A stretch of DNA of 64,000 nt from Rhina ancylostomus (taxonomy: Eukaryota). The stretch is taken from contig JARFYF010000050.1 in the NCBI GenBank assembly GCA_030265395.1, forward strand, positions 19,368,044 through 19,432,043, in the 5' to 3' direction. Within the stretch, counting starts at the first letter, position 1; every line of letters starts with the position of its first letter. Both the position numbers and the translations under genes were made by a program. Of the stretch, positions 50,559-63,750 are shown piece after piece. The notes below the pieces were generated by a model. The model did no database searches and was not told the DNA's origin. It saw nothing but the letters and a program-made list of their open reading frames with translations.

Positions 50559-51330
50559 NNNNNNNNNNNNNNNNNNNNNNNNNNNNNNNNNNNNNNNNNN
50601 NNNNNNNNNNNNNNNNNNNNNNNNNNNNNNNNNNNNNNNNNNNNNNNNNNNNNNNNNNNNNNNNNNNNNNNNNNNNNNNNNNNNNNNNNNNNNNNNNNNN
50701 NNNNNNNNNNNNNNNNNNNNNNNNNNNNNNNNNNNNNNNNNNNNNNNNNNNNNNNNNNNNNNNNNNNNNNNNNNNNNNNNNNNNNNNNNNNNNNNNNNNN
50801 NNNNNNNNNNNNNNNNNNNNNNNNNNNNNNNNNNNNNNNNNNNNNNNNNNNNNNNNNNNNNNNNNNNNNNNNNNNNNNNNNNNNNNNNNNNNNNNNNNNN
50901 NNNNNNNNNNNNNNNNNNNNNNNNNNNNNNNNNNNNNNNNNNNNNNNNNNNNNNNNNNNNNNNNNNNNNNNNNNNNNNNNNNNNNNNNNNNNNNNNNNNN
51001 NNNNNNNNNNNNNNNNNNNNNNNNNNNNNNNNNNNNNNNNNNNNNNNNNNNNNNNNNNNNNNNNNNNNNNNNNNNNNNNNNNNNNNNNNNNNNNNNNNNN
51101 NNNNNNNNNNNNNNNNNNNNNNNNNNNNNNNNNNNNNNNNNNNNNNNNNNNNNNNNNNNNNNNNNNNNNNNNNNNNNNNNNNNNNNNNNNNNNNNNNNNN
51201 NNNNNNNNNNNNNNNNNNNNNNNNNNNNNNNNNNNNNNNNNNNNNNNNNNNNNNNNNNNNNNNNNNNNNNNNNNNNNNNNNNNNNNNNNNNNNNNNNNNN
51301 NNNNNNNNNNNNNNNNNNNNNNNNNNNNNN
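50559..51330. other. Assembly gap (~770 N); other gaps at 1538, 17974, 22452, 24477 and 29338 (100 N each)
   Basis: Runs of N in the sequence. Confidence 1.
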
Positions 51331-54099
51331 AAGCTATTTTTTTCTTTGGCAGTGCTGCACTGCAAATCGTCAGATATCTTGGACCATGGAACATACTCCC
51401 TGAATAAGCAACAGAAGCAAACATGGAGGAAAGATGTTAAATGGGTGGTGGATTTAGAAGAAGTTGGATAAAATAATACAAAGATTCCCCTAAATTAACT
51501 CAAACAAGTAAAATCTGGCTTTACAAAACCCTCTTCACTGAAGTTCATTTATCAGAAGGGTTGTTGCTCAGACCAGCACTATCACTCAGTGCATTCTATC
51601 TCTACTCCAATACAGAAGCATTTGCCTGCTGAAATCAGTAAAAGATTGAAATACTGGTGAATGAAACCAATTAGCATGGAGGGGAACATTCCATCACTAT
51701 CACGATGGGCAAAGCATCGGATATGGTGCTCTGCCTTAACCTAATAATACCTCACAGTCTCAGCCTCAGAAAAGCAGCTCCCAGTGCAACAGTACGACAT
51801 TTACGTAGTGCTACTTTATATATAGTACTCTCTAAAGGCAGTTCTGTCCATCCCAAACCTCACTGTATCTGCTGAAATACATTCTTGAGTTCAAATTCAC
51901 TGCATCACCAACTCTGCCTTGGTGAAGATTTGAATCCTGTGCCTTTTAACAGCAAAAGCAAAACTCTATGATGTAGTGCAAACCCAATGTTCCCATAACA
52001 AAAGTTGGGGAACTCAGGTATAGAAATGGATTCTCAAATCTCAACCAGCACAAAACAGGAAAGCAAATTCATACATAGCTCCAGTTCTTACTGTGAGAAC
52101 ATTTTGGTTGTATGGTTGATGAGCGAATGACTGACATGTTAATGGGCAGTGTCTGATTCACCCATTGCAACAGAAAGTTTGGGGTATTTTAATTTCTGGG
52201 CCTTAACTGTGTTTTGTTTATAGATCAGGGAGCCATATTTGGAAAACCAGGTGCCCTCTGGCCTGAAATTAGGTGAGGGAAGTGGGTTGTGGATTGAACC
52301 CATAAGAGTGAAAGGAGATGGGGGATTGTAAGTTTTCCTGTGGGACCCAAAAGGGAACCTTAGCTCTTCCCAACTTCACAAAGAAAAGAGATAAGGTTAA
52401 CAACTTGAGCCACGTTGTCCTCTTGCAGGGACCTTGTCTTCTCAGCCTGGTGGAAGAGCTGCATTAACTTCCCCCAGAAAGCCCGAGGTAAGATCACAGA
52501 TGTGGCACAAAGATGACAGTGAATCTTAACATACATATAAAGAAATATGCTGCCTGTTTTGAGTGCAGTAAGACTTGTAGTTGTTAAGTAATCAGGTCAT
52601 TTTAGCTGCCTGCATGTCTTGTTTCCATTGGGTAGAAAGGATTAAAATTGTCCCTCCAGTGTCAATGGATCTGCGTCCCAGAGTTAAGAATATGATGGTC
52701 ACTAACTACTTGTTTTTAGATGCAGGATTTGAAACTAGGTCAGAGTTTTGCAGTGCAAGTACGATTCACTCTGAGTATCAACAAGTGAAAGAGTATTTGG
52801 ACTGCCCATCATTAAACATGATTTATCAAAGCTCATTCAGGTACATGAAAGGCACATAACTCCCAAGTCCTGTAGAGATCAAGGGCTGCAACAAGCTTTT
52901 ACAAGTGAAGGAATGTCTATAACCCATCGCTGGTGAGATACTCTCATCATTAAATGTGTATATGGCTGTGAGTAAATGAGCCATAATATGAATTCTGATA
53001 TATGGGATATTACTGACACCCAGGAGTGTGCTGCTATCAGCAACTTTTCAGAAGTTACATTATGAGTGCAATTTTACAATCACATTTTACATCGGCCATG
53101 AATATGCTAGGGAAATAATGACGGGTTCACAGCGAATGCCATCATTAGCATATCCAAAACCCAGCAATCTGTGGCAGGGAAGAGATGGGCAGTGAGTTGA
53201 GAATTGCAAATTGCCACAAACTGCTGGACAGTTCTTGCCATTTGCCTTTCAAATCTGGAGCTCACCATCAACTCAAAAAAAAGATGGATTACAAATTAAC
53301 CAAATACAGTATAAGTTAAACTCCTCCAGTAAATTAAGAATGGTACTTTACAATGTAAATGCCCTTTGTATGATAACATTTACCACTCAAACTCAAAGGA
53401 TCAGAGAGGAATTGAAATATTCTTATGGTGCTTAGAGGTTACAATCTAATTATTTAGTTATTTTAAAATTTGTTCTGAATCTTTTATATTTCTTACATAA
53501 GGCAGTCTATATTTCTAACTGGTTGGTTCACTCTACATCCTTCTCTGTTATTCACGTAGTCTCTTTCTCTGTCCTTAAACTTTTATAGGTTGACGATAAA
53601 GGCTTTTGCCCATTTTCCCACCAAGGTCCTGAATGAGCAAAAAAAAGGTAAATCAGAAGCTCCTGTTCATCAAATTCTGACGAGTTGTTTCTGAGACATT
53701 TGCAGGTTCGTCCTACAATAACAGTATTTAGTTTCAGTCCACCCAGGGAGAGCTGGTTAAAATTCTACAAACAATATAAAGAGATCCCAGAATCAATTAA
53801 TTAATAAGTAATGTTTCTTAAACATGCATTGACTTTTGAGTAGCAAAAATATTTACTATCTGCACACTAAGCTCTTCTACAAACCTGAAGGAAAAGCATT
53901 AGATCAGGACAACTTTGTGAGATGGACAAGAATTAATTTGATATATGAAACTCTGAAGCAGTCTTCCAACAATTCTGCTTTTTATGTGATTTTATAGTTG
54001 TAATATACAACAAATATTTGTCTTATTTTATACAACGCATTTCATGCCAGCATGGAAGCTGAAATATAAATGTTGATGCCATAACAAAACAATGACACC

Positions 54100-54480
54100 A
54101 CCAACAAATTATATTTATATTGTCTCTTGAACAGCAAGATGTCCTGAGAAATGTCACAGGAATATTCTTGAACAGAAATTGACACAGCCACATTAGGTCA
54201 TATGATCAAAAGACTGATCAAAAAGGTAAGTTTTAATGGGCATCCTAAAAGAGAAAAAGGAGATGGCAAAGTAGAGATATTGAAGAAGGAATAAGACAAT
54301 GGAGGGTTTTAAAATATGAGGACTTTTAAACTGAGGCATTGCTTAACCAGGAGAGTAGATTAGCTAATACAAGGATAATGGATGTCCTGGGCTTGGTACA
54401 GGTTAGGCCATAACCAGCAGACTATTGGATAACCATAGGTTTTTGAAGACAAACTTGAAATGAGGCCATCAAGGGGTGAA
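54100..54480 (-). mobile_element. L2-like LINE 3' end, decayed
   Basis: Similar to 60553-61210 (CAACAA.TTATATTTATA..., TGATCAAA, TGAG.A.TTTTAAA.TGAGG). Confidence 0.55.
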
Positions 54481-56699
54481 AATGGCATGATGTGAACAAC
54501 TAAGACCTCTTTCATTGAAGAGATAGCTGCCCACATAAAGAGGTTGATGAGTATTTTGTTCGAACATAAGGACATTTACATTATGGTAATGAAAATAACA
54601 TAATGATGCATTCTGCCACAATTTGTAGCATCACTTCCCAGATGATAAAAAAATATACCAGAAGGATCTATTGACAAGTGTCAAATCCAATCTGCTGGCT
54701 CGTTTTATGACTATTGAACAGAAGCAGTAATACCATATAAATACAAAAAAAATCATTTTCATGAGGAAATGCTAATCATTGGTGTGTTGATTAGATCAGA
54801 GAATACAAATGTTGATTCTGTGATTGTCCTCCACTGTCAGATTCATGCAGTTCTTTTTAGAGAAATGCTTTATTTACATTAGAGAGTAATTGTCATTAGA
54901 ATTAGAAATGGAGCCCTTTCCAACATTTGGTATCCTGTAGCAACAACTTTGGAGAAGTGAAGCACAAACCAAATGCAGAATCAACAATCCTCTACTTTAC
55001 TCCAAAGTATCTTAGCCCTATCTTTAAGAGAACAATAAGGTAGGTTTTACATTTGTCACACCATCTATCTTCATGGTCTCCTTCACCGAGTCAGCCAGTT
55101 TAATGCAAACTAATAGCGAATTATCTACATTTGGAGCTATAAACTTAAGAGCTGGAAACTGGAATTTGTTCCCCTGAGTCATTTTACTTATTACAGCTTC
55201 CAGGGAGAGAAAACAGCCATTGCATCAGTCGAAGGTAAGATTTGAACCCTGGAGCTCCAAGATAATCAGCACGTCTTGTAGCCCGGACTGTGCTGAAATG
55301 ATGGAGATTGGGTCAATACTTAGGTAGACATGCAATTTCAAGGATAGCAAGTAAATTTGCTGATTTTGCTGCTTTTGGTGTTTTGCACTTCACTTGTCTC
55401 TTTTCTTAGTAACATTGCTCAGCACTGGAACACGCTGATTGAAATCGGACAGGTGAGAAGTAAGGAGCCCCGCTTTATGAAGGCCTGAGTGGATTCCATT
55501 AAAATATGTGCTAATGAAAATCTCATCATACAACTTGTCAACACTACAATGCGTCATTGCCAATGACAGTTAAAAGTATACCTTACAAGGTTTTAAATTG
55601 TTCCTGATGAAACTTTATTCAAGGTCAGCTCTGCTCTTAACCAAATGTCATACTTTCTACCCTCATTCTTGAATTTCTAGGAATGGGTTTGAAACAGCTT
55701 TGAAGCTTCAGGTTTAAATGAGTATAATCTTCCTGATGGCCACAAATCATTTTTTTATATTTCATTTGACTCTGTGGGGTGTTTCTAAGAGATCTCAATT
55801 GTTATTTCCCGAGAAGTGAAGCCTAAAATCTGATTGGACCATCATTAATAAAACCAGTTAATAGTGAATGAGCTGCACGTTGACAAGACTGATACCAATT
55901 TTCAGACCAGCTATATATGGGGGATTTGACTGTGCTATGTATTCATGCTTAGGAATTAAGCGTTAGGTGCCATTTAATATTCCTCCCAGTTTTCATCCAT
56001 CACCCTCCATATGGTTTCTTATCATTGTAAATTGTTCCAGTTCTTTGATCTTCATTCTACAATTCATCATGAATAACATCATGAATATTAATGACCCACA
56101 GGTGTTAATTTATAGGAATAAGATGGCTGAATTATTAGGTGTTAACAATAGATTATAATGATCTCACATTCATTTCAAAAATCACTAAGATACTCAGCAT
56201 TAAAACCATCTCATTTCCAATATATCTTTGCATGATAAGAATTTGGGAGGATGCTGTAATGCAGGGATTAGGGTGTTTAGAAAGAAGCAGATTAAAGTTT
56301 GACAAAGACCAGTGTAACAATGTTACCATTACTTCCTTTGTTGAAATTGTAACTGGCTTGTGTTCAAAGCAACATCAACTTCCACTGGGAATCTGGGCCC
56401 CTGAATTTCTTTTTGCTGCATTGCAACATTTCTTTTGAAGTTCACTTACAATCTTGCTGAAAGTGTAGTTTTAAAGTACAAAGTCAGTGGTGCTATTCCA
56501 GCAGCTTTACTGCACGTTTAAAACAGTCCAGGGATTAATATCATTTTCCTCCAGATCTGCATGCATTGCACCCTGTTAAATGATTGAATAAAAGCACAAA
56601 GTGCCAATGAAGCACTAAGTGGCTCTGTTTGCTAATCTAGAACATAGCAATTGCGGCTCAACCATTCCACTGGGACACTCTGACCTGCTTCTTTGAGGA

Positions 56700-56872
56700 G
56701 TCAATCGGGGCTTTCAAAAGAGAATTGGATGGGCACTCAAGGGAAAATAATTTGTAGGGCTGGGGGAGGGGAGGAGAACGGGGAATGGGTCTGATGGGAT
56801 TGTTCTTTCGGGAGCCAATACAGACTTGATAGGTTAAATGGCCTCTTTCTGTGCAATGATCCTATGATTATC
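56700..56872 (+). mobile_element. CR1-type 3' tail
   Basis: GCTTTCAAAAGAGAATTGGAT...AAATGGCCTCTTTCTGTGC...CCTATGATT. Confidence 0.7.
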
Positions 56873-57116
56873 TTCTGATATAATATTCCCAACAGGAAGC
56901 CTTGCCAGGTCGTGGGACCAAGTTACTTCTCAGTCACTGATTAACCTGAAATGGGTCTGGTATTGAAACATACAACTCAAGGAAGAGAGAATGTGGTAGC
57001 AAGGAATAGGAATAGCTACTGAGTTTAGACTGAGTTTGTAATAATTATTCAGGCATTAACATGACGTGCTGAATGTGGAAAGGTTCATGCAAGGCAAAAG
57101 GATAATACAAGATTTC

Positions 57117-57478
57117 GGCGGCATAGTAGTGCAGCGAGTAGTGCTGCTGCCTCACAGCCAGGGACCTGGGTTTGATCCTCAACGTAGGTGCTGTCTGCAC
57201 AGAGTTTAAATGTTCTTTCTGCAACCTGGGTTTAGCTCCAAGTCCTCTGGTTTCCTCCCAATAAGGTTAATTGTCTTCTATGAATTACCTGTTAATGACG
57301 GTTATTGGCAAAGAGAATCCAAAGGGGAGTTGAAGGGCATGTGTGAGAGACAATCATTTGCAGGGGTTCAGGGAAATGTGGAGGGGAGGAATGAGACTAA
57401 TGGGATTGCCCCCCCACCCCACCCCCGGGAGCTGGCATAGACCCAATGTTCAAATGGCCTCCTTTTGCATCATTAGAG
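57117..57478 (+). mobile_element. HE1-like V-SINE with CR1-type tail
   Basis: Head GGCGGCATAGTAGTGCAGCGAGTAGTGCTGCTGCCTCACAGCCAGGGACCTGGGTTTGATCC, and tail AAATGGCCTCCTTTTGCA. Confidence 0.85.
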
Positions 57479-57554
57479 GTGCAAGATAAACATAAATGAA
57501 GAGGCCCAGAATTTGCCATCAATTTAACCGTTAAAAGTATTGAGATATTTTTTT

Positions 57555-57682
57555 TAAATGCAGATGTTGGATATCTAAAATAAAAATAGAAAATGCTGGA
57601 AGCTTTCAGCAAGTCAGGCAAAGGATCTTCAGCTAGAAATGTTAACTTTTTCCCTTTCTGCAGGAGTTGCCTGATCTGCTTT
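57555..57682. mobile_element. Short Penelope-associated repeat, internally deleted fold-back copy
   Basis: TGCAGATGTTGGATATCTAAAATAAAAATAGAAAATGCTGGAAG...GTCAGGCA followed by GAAATGTTAAC...TGCCTGATCTGCT. Confidence 0.7.
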
Positions 57683-60552
57683 ACCACAGTGAGAGTTGCT
57701 CAGCAGAATAAGGCAAAGGGAAAGATTCACAAAGATTCCATAGGCCAGACGGCTGCCTTTGTGAGAAGTACGGAAGCAAGACAATCCAGGAATCCTTTGG
57801 GGACGTGCCATTTCGTGGTTTGTTTCATGAAAATTGTGTCCTGGACAGTGTGAAAACTTATGCTCCTGATGGATGCAGTAGATATAAACTCATTGTCCAC
57901 AGGAGATTGGGGTTGCTCCATCTCAGTCTGAGATCCCCTGTTAAGGGCTTTTTCTGAAGTTATTGCTAATCAACATGTTTGGCACTAAAATATAACTATT
58001 ACAAATCCCATTCCCTCAACTTACAGTAATTATTACAGAATTAAAAATAGAGGCCTGGAAAGGGCTAAAAGTGCATTTACGAACCAACAACCATTTTGGC
58101 AGTGGACCTTCTGCTGTAACCTACAGCGGGTTCAATGGGCTGGACACCTTTGAATTCCCCGTTGCAGATATCCTTTTGTACATTGTGGAAAGAGTGCATC
58201 ACTGGGGCAAGAGAAGGCAGATGTGCACAGGCTCGATTAGAACCTGAGAGGCAAGGGTGCCCAGAAATCAGAGCCCGAGTGGGCCAAGGGAAAGGGAAGA
58301 TCAGGTATTGAGATTAGGGGCTTGAGCAGGGAATGCCAAGAAATTGAGGCCTGCAGGAAGTCTACAGATTGGAGTCTAAGTCAGTGACCAGGCAAAGGGG
58401 GAGAAGGAATGTGGGTGGTGAAACTCTGGTGTTGGATTCTAAGCTCAGATCAGGTCCTAGGGGAGTTATCTGAAGGTAGTTGTTAAAAGCTGGAGTTGGC
58501 CCAAAGAATGCAAATATTTAAAGGGATCTGCATGGGACAGGTTCCCAGTGCTGTTCTTGCACTTGGTCCAGGAGGACCCCTTTACGTAACACTGCTAACA
58601 CTAATGCTGTCAGGCAGCCCCTTGGGTGACACAGTATGCAGATAATAGAGCCAGTACCTCGCAGCACCAAGACCTGGCTCTGTTTCCTTGCTGTACCTCT
58701 CTATGACTCTAAAAGCACAGTTGCTCCAGGAATGATCAATGCCAGTCACTTCTTGAAACAATCTGACCCAATTCCCTGGACAAAGTTCCAATGTTTCCTG
58801 GGGTTGACATCATCCTGCGTCTTACTGATCTTGAAGTTTTATCACTGACATTCAGATGATTTGTGACTCATTCAAATTTATAGAGAAATGTGATTCAATC
58901 CAGAAATGATCATAATCCCTATCCACCCCAGGAATAAATGAGGTTCCGATGTGTAGCCCTGTATATAATGTGTGGTGCAACTGACTTTCTAGGCTATAAT
59001 TTTTTTTTCCCAGCTCATCCCCATGCCCCTCTCTCTTAACCAAACTTTTCTACTTTGCATTTTGCCTCTGATATGAAATCAAATTCACCAAGCTTACACT
59101 TTTTGCTTCAGATTCTACCCAGCTAACTTCACAATGCTTCAACCCATTAGGTTAAGGAGAAGTACTGTGTACCTAGATCACAGGTGCCCGACTGGGGGTG
59201 CCAGTTTTCCCATCCTTCACTTACATCAACTTACAAATGTTCAGGGAAATTCTGGCAACACAAAGTAATACTGTCTGTTCACTGGATACAGTGAACCCTC
59301 ATGCTGTGTGCATTAGTAGTGTGGGAAAAATGCCAATATAATTTTGCAAGTATTACATGGCAGCATTACTGATGGGTTTAAAAGTAGTGCATTGAACTAT
59401 TATAACGTTTAGTACTGTCATTGAACCTGTGCTACAGAAACAGCAGCACTTACAAACATTGTTAAGTGACACAGGGCACTTTGTGGCAGAGCTTTTGCTG
59501 GATTCTTGACTCTGACACAGAAATGAAACTAATAAACAGATTGACAAAATTCACTTAAAAGTCCCACAGATTACCTTTTTATTTTTACTCAATTTACAAA
59601 TATAAAGGATAAAAATCAGAGACTGTTTAAATTAAATGTCCTTAATTAATGAATGTCCCTAATTAATGAACAGTTTTAATGCATGGCTTGTTTTAATCCT
59701 ACAGCAGACTACAAGATCAGCAGAATTCACACTACATTTTCTCTTTGATGATTTGATGATTAAATTGCAATTCCTGCAGATAGCACTGGAGGCTGATTAA
59801 ACTTCATCTTGTATTATTTGGCATTAAGTTCCATATCTATAACTATGTTAAAGTAAAGGTAAGTAAAACATTTGGATCTTTTGCTTCTTATAAAGGCCCT
59901 CATAAGATACGTACACAAATCCTACAGGATTTCAACACCTCAGACTTGCAATCATTCTGCCTCAAGGTACTCAGCTGCACTGGGATATCTTTCAAATCTT
60001 TTAAAGAACAACCTCATTTTCAGCAGTTCATCTTAAATATTTTTTGATGCAATGTTGGAGTCACAGAGGTAATCTAATCTTAAAGAATAAAATGCAACTC
60101 TCATTTGTGTCTATTGCACCCAGTCAGTACTTCTTAAATTACACTGGCTTTTTTAGTTGTTAAACTGTGCATGCTTGGTTGGGAATTGTGCACAATTTAG
60201 TTGCTTCTTATCGTTTGGTAGCAATACAGCATCACCTTGGAGACAGGTTTTTTTTCAGTCTCTGACAATATTCATCAGTATCGCATCAGTCAGATACAAG
60301 GGGCCTTGCAGAAGGGAGATCTATTTCAAATAACATTACTTCACGGCCACAGGACTTGTGGTAGTATTAAAACCCTGGCTAATAAGTGCACAAATATTAT
60401 CCCGCACCTCCTCAGGAAACACTTGTTTAATGCTGGCAGGGACGTGGAAGTTAAAATGGTTGATTTTTTTTCTTGGCGCATACTTCTAGTTTTTAAAAGT
60501 ATTTTTAATCCCACAATTCTTTTAAAATAATTTCCTGAATTGCATTTCCAGC

Positions 60553-61210
60553 AACAACAACTTATATTTATACCTCACATGTAAGGTAATAAAATATCCA
60601 AACAAACTTGGATATTGAGGTGATATTAGGCTTGATCAAAGTTGGAGGCTTTAAGTGGGTGCCCCAAGGAGAAGTAGAGGAGGAGAGTTTTAGCAAGGGA
60701 ATTCTAGAATTTAGAGGCATGATGGCCAGTGGCAGAGTGATTAACACTGAAGATGCCTGAAAGGACAGAACTGGGGCAATTCAAATGTCTCTGAGTGATG
60801 TAGGACTGGGGGATGTTGCACAGATAACAAAGGGCATGAACGGATTTGAAAAGAGGATGAGAATTTTAAAACTCAGGTTTTATTTGACTGGATGCTAATG
60901 TAGGTCACCAGAGGTGATTGAGGCCTGGTGTGCATTGGCGCATGGGCTGCAGAGTTAGTATTGACCTAAGGTTCCCAAAGGGCAGCAGCGTATTGGAAAA
61001 GTCCATTTGAAAGACATGAGTAGAATGGGAACCATCAAAGAGGTGGAAACAGGCAGTCCTAATGAAGATACCTATATTTGATCCATAGCACATCTGGGGG
61101 CGAAAAATATTGTGGAAGGTCTGGTTTAACCTCATTCTACCTCACTGTTGCCAGGGACGGGATTGAAGTCAATAAATAGGCTGTAGTAGAGACTGCTAAG
61201 AACCATGCAA
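60553..61210 (-). mobile_element. L2-like LINE 3' portion
   Basis: CAACAACAACTTATATTTATA tail; AGGGAATTCTAGAATTTAG; GGATTTGAAAAGAGGATGAGAATTTTAAAA...GACTGGATGCTAATGTAGGTCA. Confidence 0.7.
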
Positions 61211-61269
61211 ATGTGGAGTAAATTACAACAATGTGCTCAGAAAGGTGGCAAGCTAATGCCAATTGGAAT

Positions 61270-61428
61270 AATGGAATTATTTATAAGGGAATCAAGGATA
61301 TGGGGTTAATGAAGGAAGGTGACACCAAGGAAAAGATCAACCATGATCTTATTGGATAGCAGAGCAGCATGAAGGGCTGAATGGCCAATTACTGCTTTTT
61401 TTCTTATGTGAAGTTGTTATGTTCTTAT
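61270..61428 (+). mobile_element. CR1 3' tail
   Basis: AAGGGAATCAAGGATATGGGG...AGATCAACCATGATCTTATTG...GAAGGGCTGAATGGCC...TTCTTATG. Confidence 0.8.
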
Positions 61429-62161
61429 CTTGGAATGAGAATATATTGGAAGATAATGGCCGTCAGATTCCAGTGATAGACAATCAGCAGACTTGTTACA
61501 GTCAGATCAAGCAGTATCACCATCCAATTAAACCACCACTGCTTTGATATCTTTCACTGAAAGTACTTGTGTTTATTGAAGTGCGTGATATTCAGGGGTA
61601 TAATGCATTTCCAATTTTGGGATTGTCTTGGGTTAGCAGTTTTAACTATTTTTCTACAAAAAAGATCCTTAAAACAATTACTTGTAATGTTGCATTCTTT
61701 AAAAATTGATTAAAAAACAAAGAGAAGTGATTAATATGTTACTTGCAGATTGTTTTCAGCAGAAAGTATACAATAAAAAAATCATTGGCCAGGTAATTGG
61801 AAAACATCTCATACCCGATGTGTTGAAAAGTCCTTTGATCCCTGTCAGTCTGTGAACAGGGAGAAATTAAAGAGAGACAGACAGGGGCTTGGCTTTGTGA
61901 AACAAGAAGGCTGGGAGGGAAGTCAAATTTAATGAAGCATAGAAACGAGGAGGATTTAAACCGAGACTGAGATTAGAAATTCAGGAGATGGGCTGGTAAC
62001 TATTTTGATTAAGTCCATTAAGATGACTCAGGAATGTATGGTGAATGGTATAGGTTCTTTATTTGGTACCTTTACATTAACATTATAGGAATTGAGTTAG
62101 TCCAGTCCTGAACAGCTGATCTGCATATTCATTTTACTGTGAAATAAGCAATTTAACACTT

Positions 62162-62480
62162 TATAGAGTCATAGACAGATACAGCATGGAAACAGGCTCT
62201 TCAGCCCACTGAGTCCACACCAACCATCAACCACCTGTTACACCAATCCTACATTAATCCCAATTTTTATCTTTTCCACATTCTCATCAACCCATTCACC
62301 TATACACTTGGGGCAATTTACAGTGGCCAATTAACCTACCAATCCATGCGTCTTTGGAATGTGGGAGGAAACCCAGGGAGAACATGCAAACTCCACATTG
62401 ACAGCACCCAAGGTCAGGATCGAACACAAGTCTCTGGTGCTGTGAAGCAGCAGCTCCATTGGCTGCACCACTGTGCCACC
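62162..62480 (-). mobile_element. HE1-like V-SINE, near full length
   Basis: Tail ATAGAGTCATAGA..ACAGCATGGAAACAGGC, V-domain, and head CAGGATCGAAC...GCTGTGAAGCAGCAGC...TGCACCACTGTGCC. Confidence 0.9.
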
Positions 62481-62959
62481 AGAAATATGTTATAATTAAC
62501 TCTTAAGTTACCAAGTATTTTATTAGCACACTTTCTGATAGATTCAAGTACTGGTCACAGTGGATTAAAACCACTTCCACATGCTGTCTTACAGATAGGG
62601 CTGTGAGAGTCAACCCTCCTGAAAAGAAAGTCATTTAGACTTCATAAAAGAAAACAAAATGATCCCATTGCACCACATTGTCTACCACAGAGCTTGATTT
62701 GATAAGGGCATGCAAACTCAATAAGATCCATATTAGACACTGCCCAGATCAGGCAGAGGCAAAATAATTCTCCACTGCTTGACCTACATACATAGTTTAC
62801 ATCTAAAGAATGTATCCTTCTGCGCTAAAGAGTTCTTTTCCAATGTCCCTCATGATCTCTTACTAAATTTACAAACATGGAAAGTTGAATTCTCTTGTTC
62901 CTTCAGCAAGAGTTTGGATTGAAACTGACTGTAGTCACTTCAAGTATGAGCCAAACCAA

Positions 62960-63322
62960 ATGCTTGTATTTGTACAGCACCTTTCTAAATTTCATAATGT
63001 CCCAAAGTGCTGTACTGCCAGAAGTCCAACCACTGTTATAATGTAGGAAACACAGAGGCAATTTGTGCACAGCAAACTCCCACAAACAATCTAATACAAC
63101 CAAATACTATGCTTTGCTTTCACAGTGACATCTACATGAGACCACAGAAGAAGTTTAAAACCTCATTTGAAAGACAGCATTTTTCCCAGCAAAGCTCTCA
63201 CTTTCAGCACTGCAGTGGGGATGTCAGCCTCTACCTGGATCCTCAGTTCTCTGTGGGAGGTGGGGATGTGGCGATAACCACAGAACTATCTGACCTCGAG
63301 GCAGACATACAACCACGCTGAA
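62960..63322 (-). mobile_element. Deu-domain SINE (SacSINE1-like), internally deleted
   Basis: CTTGTATTTGTACAGCACCTTTC...GTCCCAAAGTGCT...AATGTAGGAAACACAG..GCAATTTGTGCACAGCAAACTCCCACAAAC is the reverse of the 7625-8058 family. Confidence 0.75.
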
Positions 63323-63625
63323 AGACAAACTCCTATTCAACTGGCTTGTTTGAGTTTGAACACCTTGAAGTGGTCTTGCAATTTTCTCTCTGCCAATCAT
63401 ATTAATCTCATCCAGACTACGATCCAGAAATGTTCCAAACTGGAGAAAAGAGTCCCAATAGCTGTTAATTAGGATGTTGACAGCATTTGAAATACCATTA
63501 AAGATGTTGAACAGGTTTTGCTTCAATTAGTGTAATCAGTGATAAAATATTAGTGCTAGATATTTTCTTTGAAATAATTCCAAATTTAATGAAGAAAAAT
63601 ACATTCAGTCAACGCTAATTTTATA

Positions 63626-63750
63626 AACATAGAAACATAGAAAACCTACAGCACAATACAGGCCCTTCAGCCCACAAAGTTGTGCCAAACATGTCCCTAC
63701 CTTAGAAATTACTAGGCTAACCAAAGCTCTCTATTTTTCTAAGCTCCATT
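63626..63750 (-). mobile_element. Well-preserved CR1-type 3' tail, short 5'-truncated insertion
   Basis: AACATAGAAACATAGAAAACCTACAGCACAATACAGGCCCTTCAGCCCACAAAGTTGTGCC. Confidence 0.75.

Noticed and set aside
50468-51471. Longest ORFs in the track (276-311 aa)
   Set aside because: They consist almost entirely of N-gap translation.
57117-57190. tRNA-like A/B boxes
   Set aside because: These are SINE heads, not tRNA genes; they continue directly into the V-domain.
43640-58620. GC-richer patches (43640-44110, 52250-52520, 58050-58620) resembling decayed non-autonomous DNA elements
   Set aside because: I could not define TIRs or TSDs or assign a family by eye.
59266-59290. miR-200/429-like TAATACTGTCTG
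   Set aside because: Only the 5' part matches and no precursor hairpin is evident.
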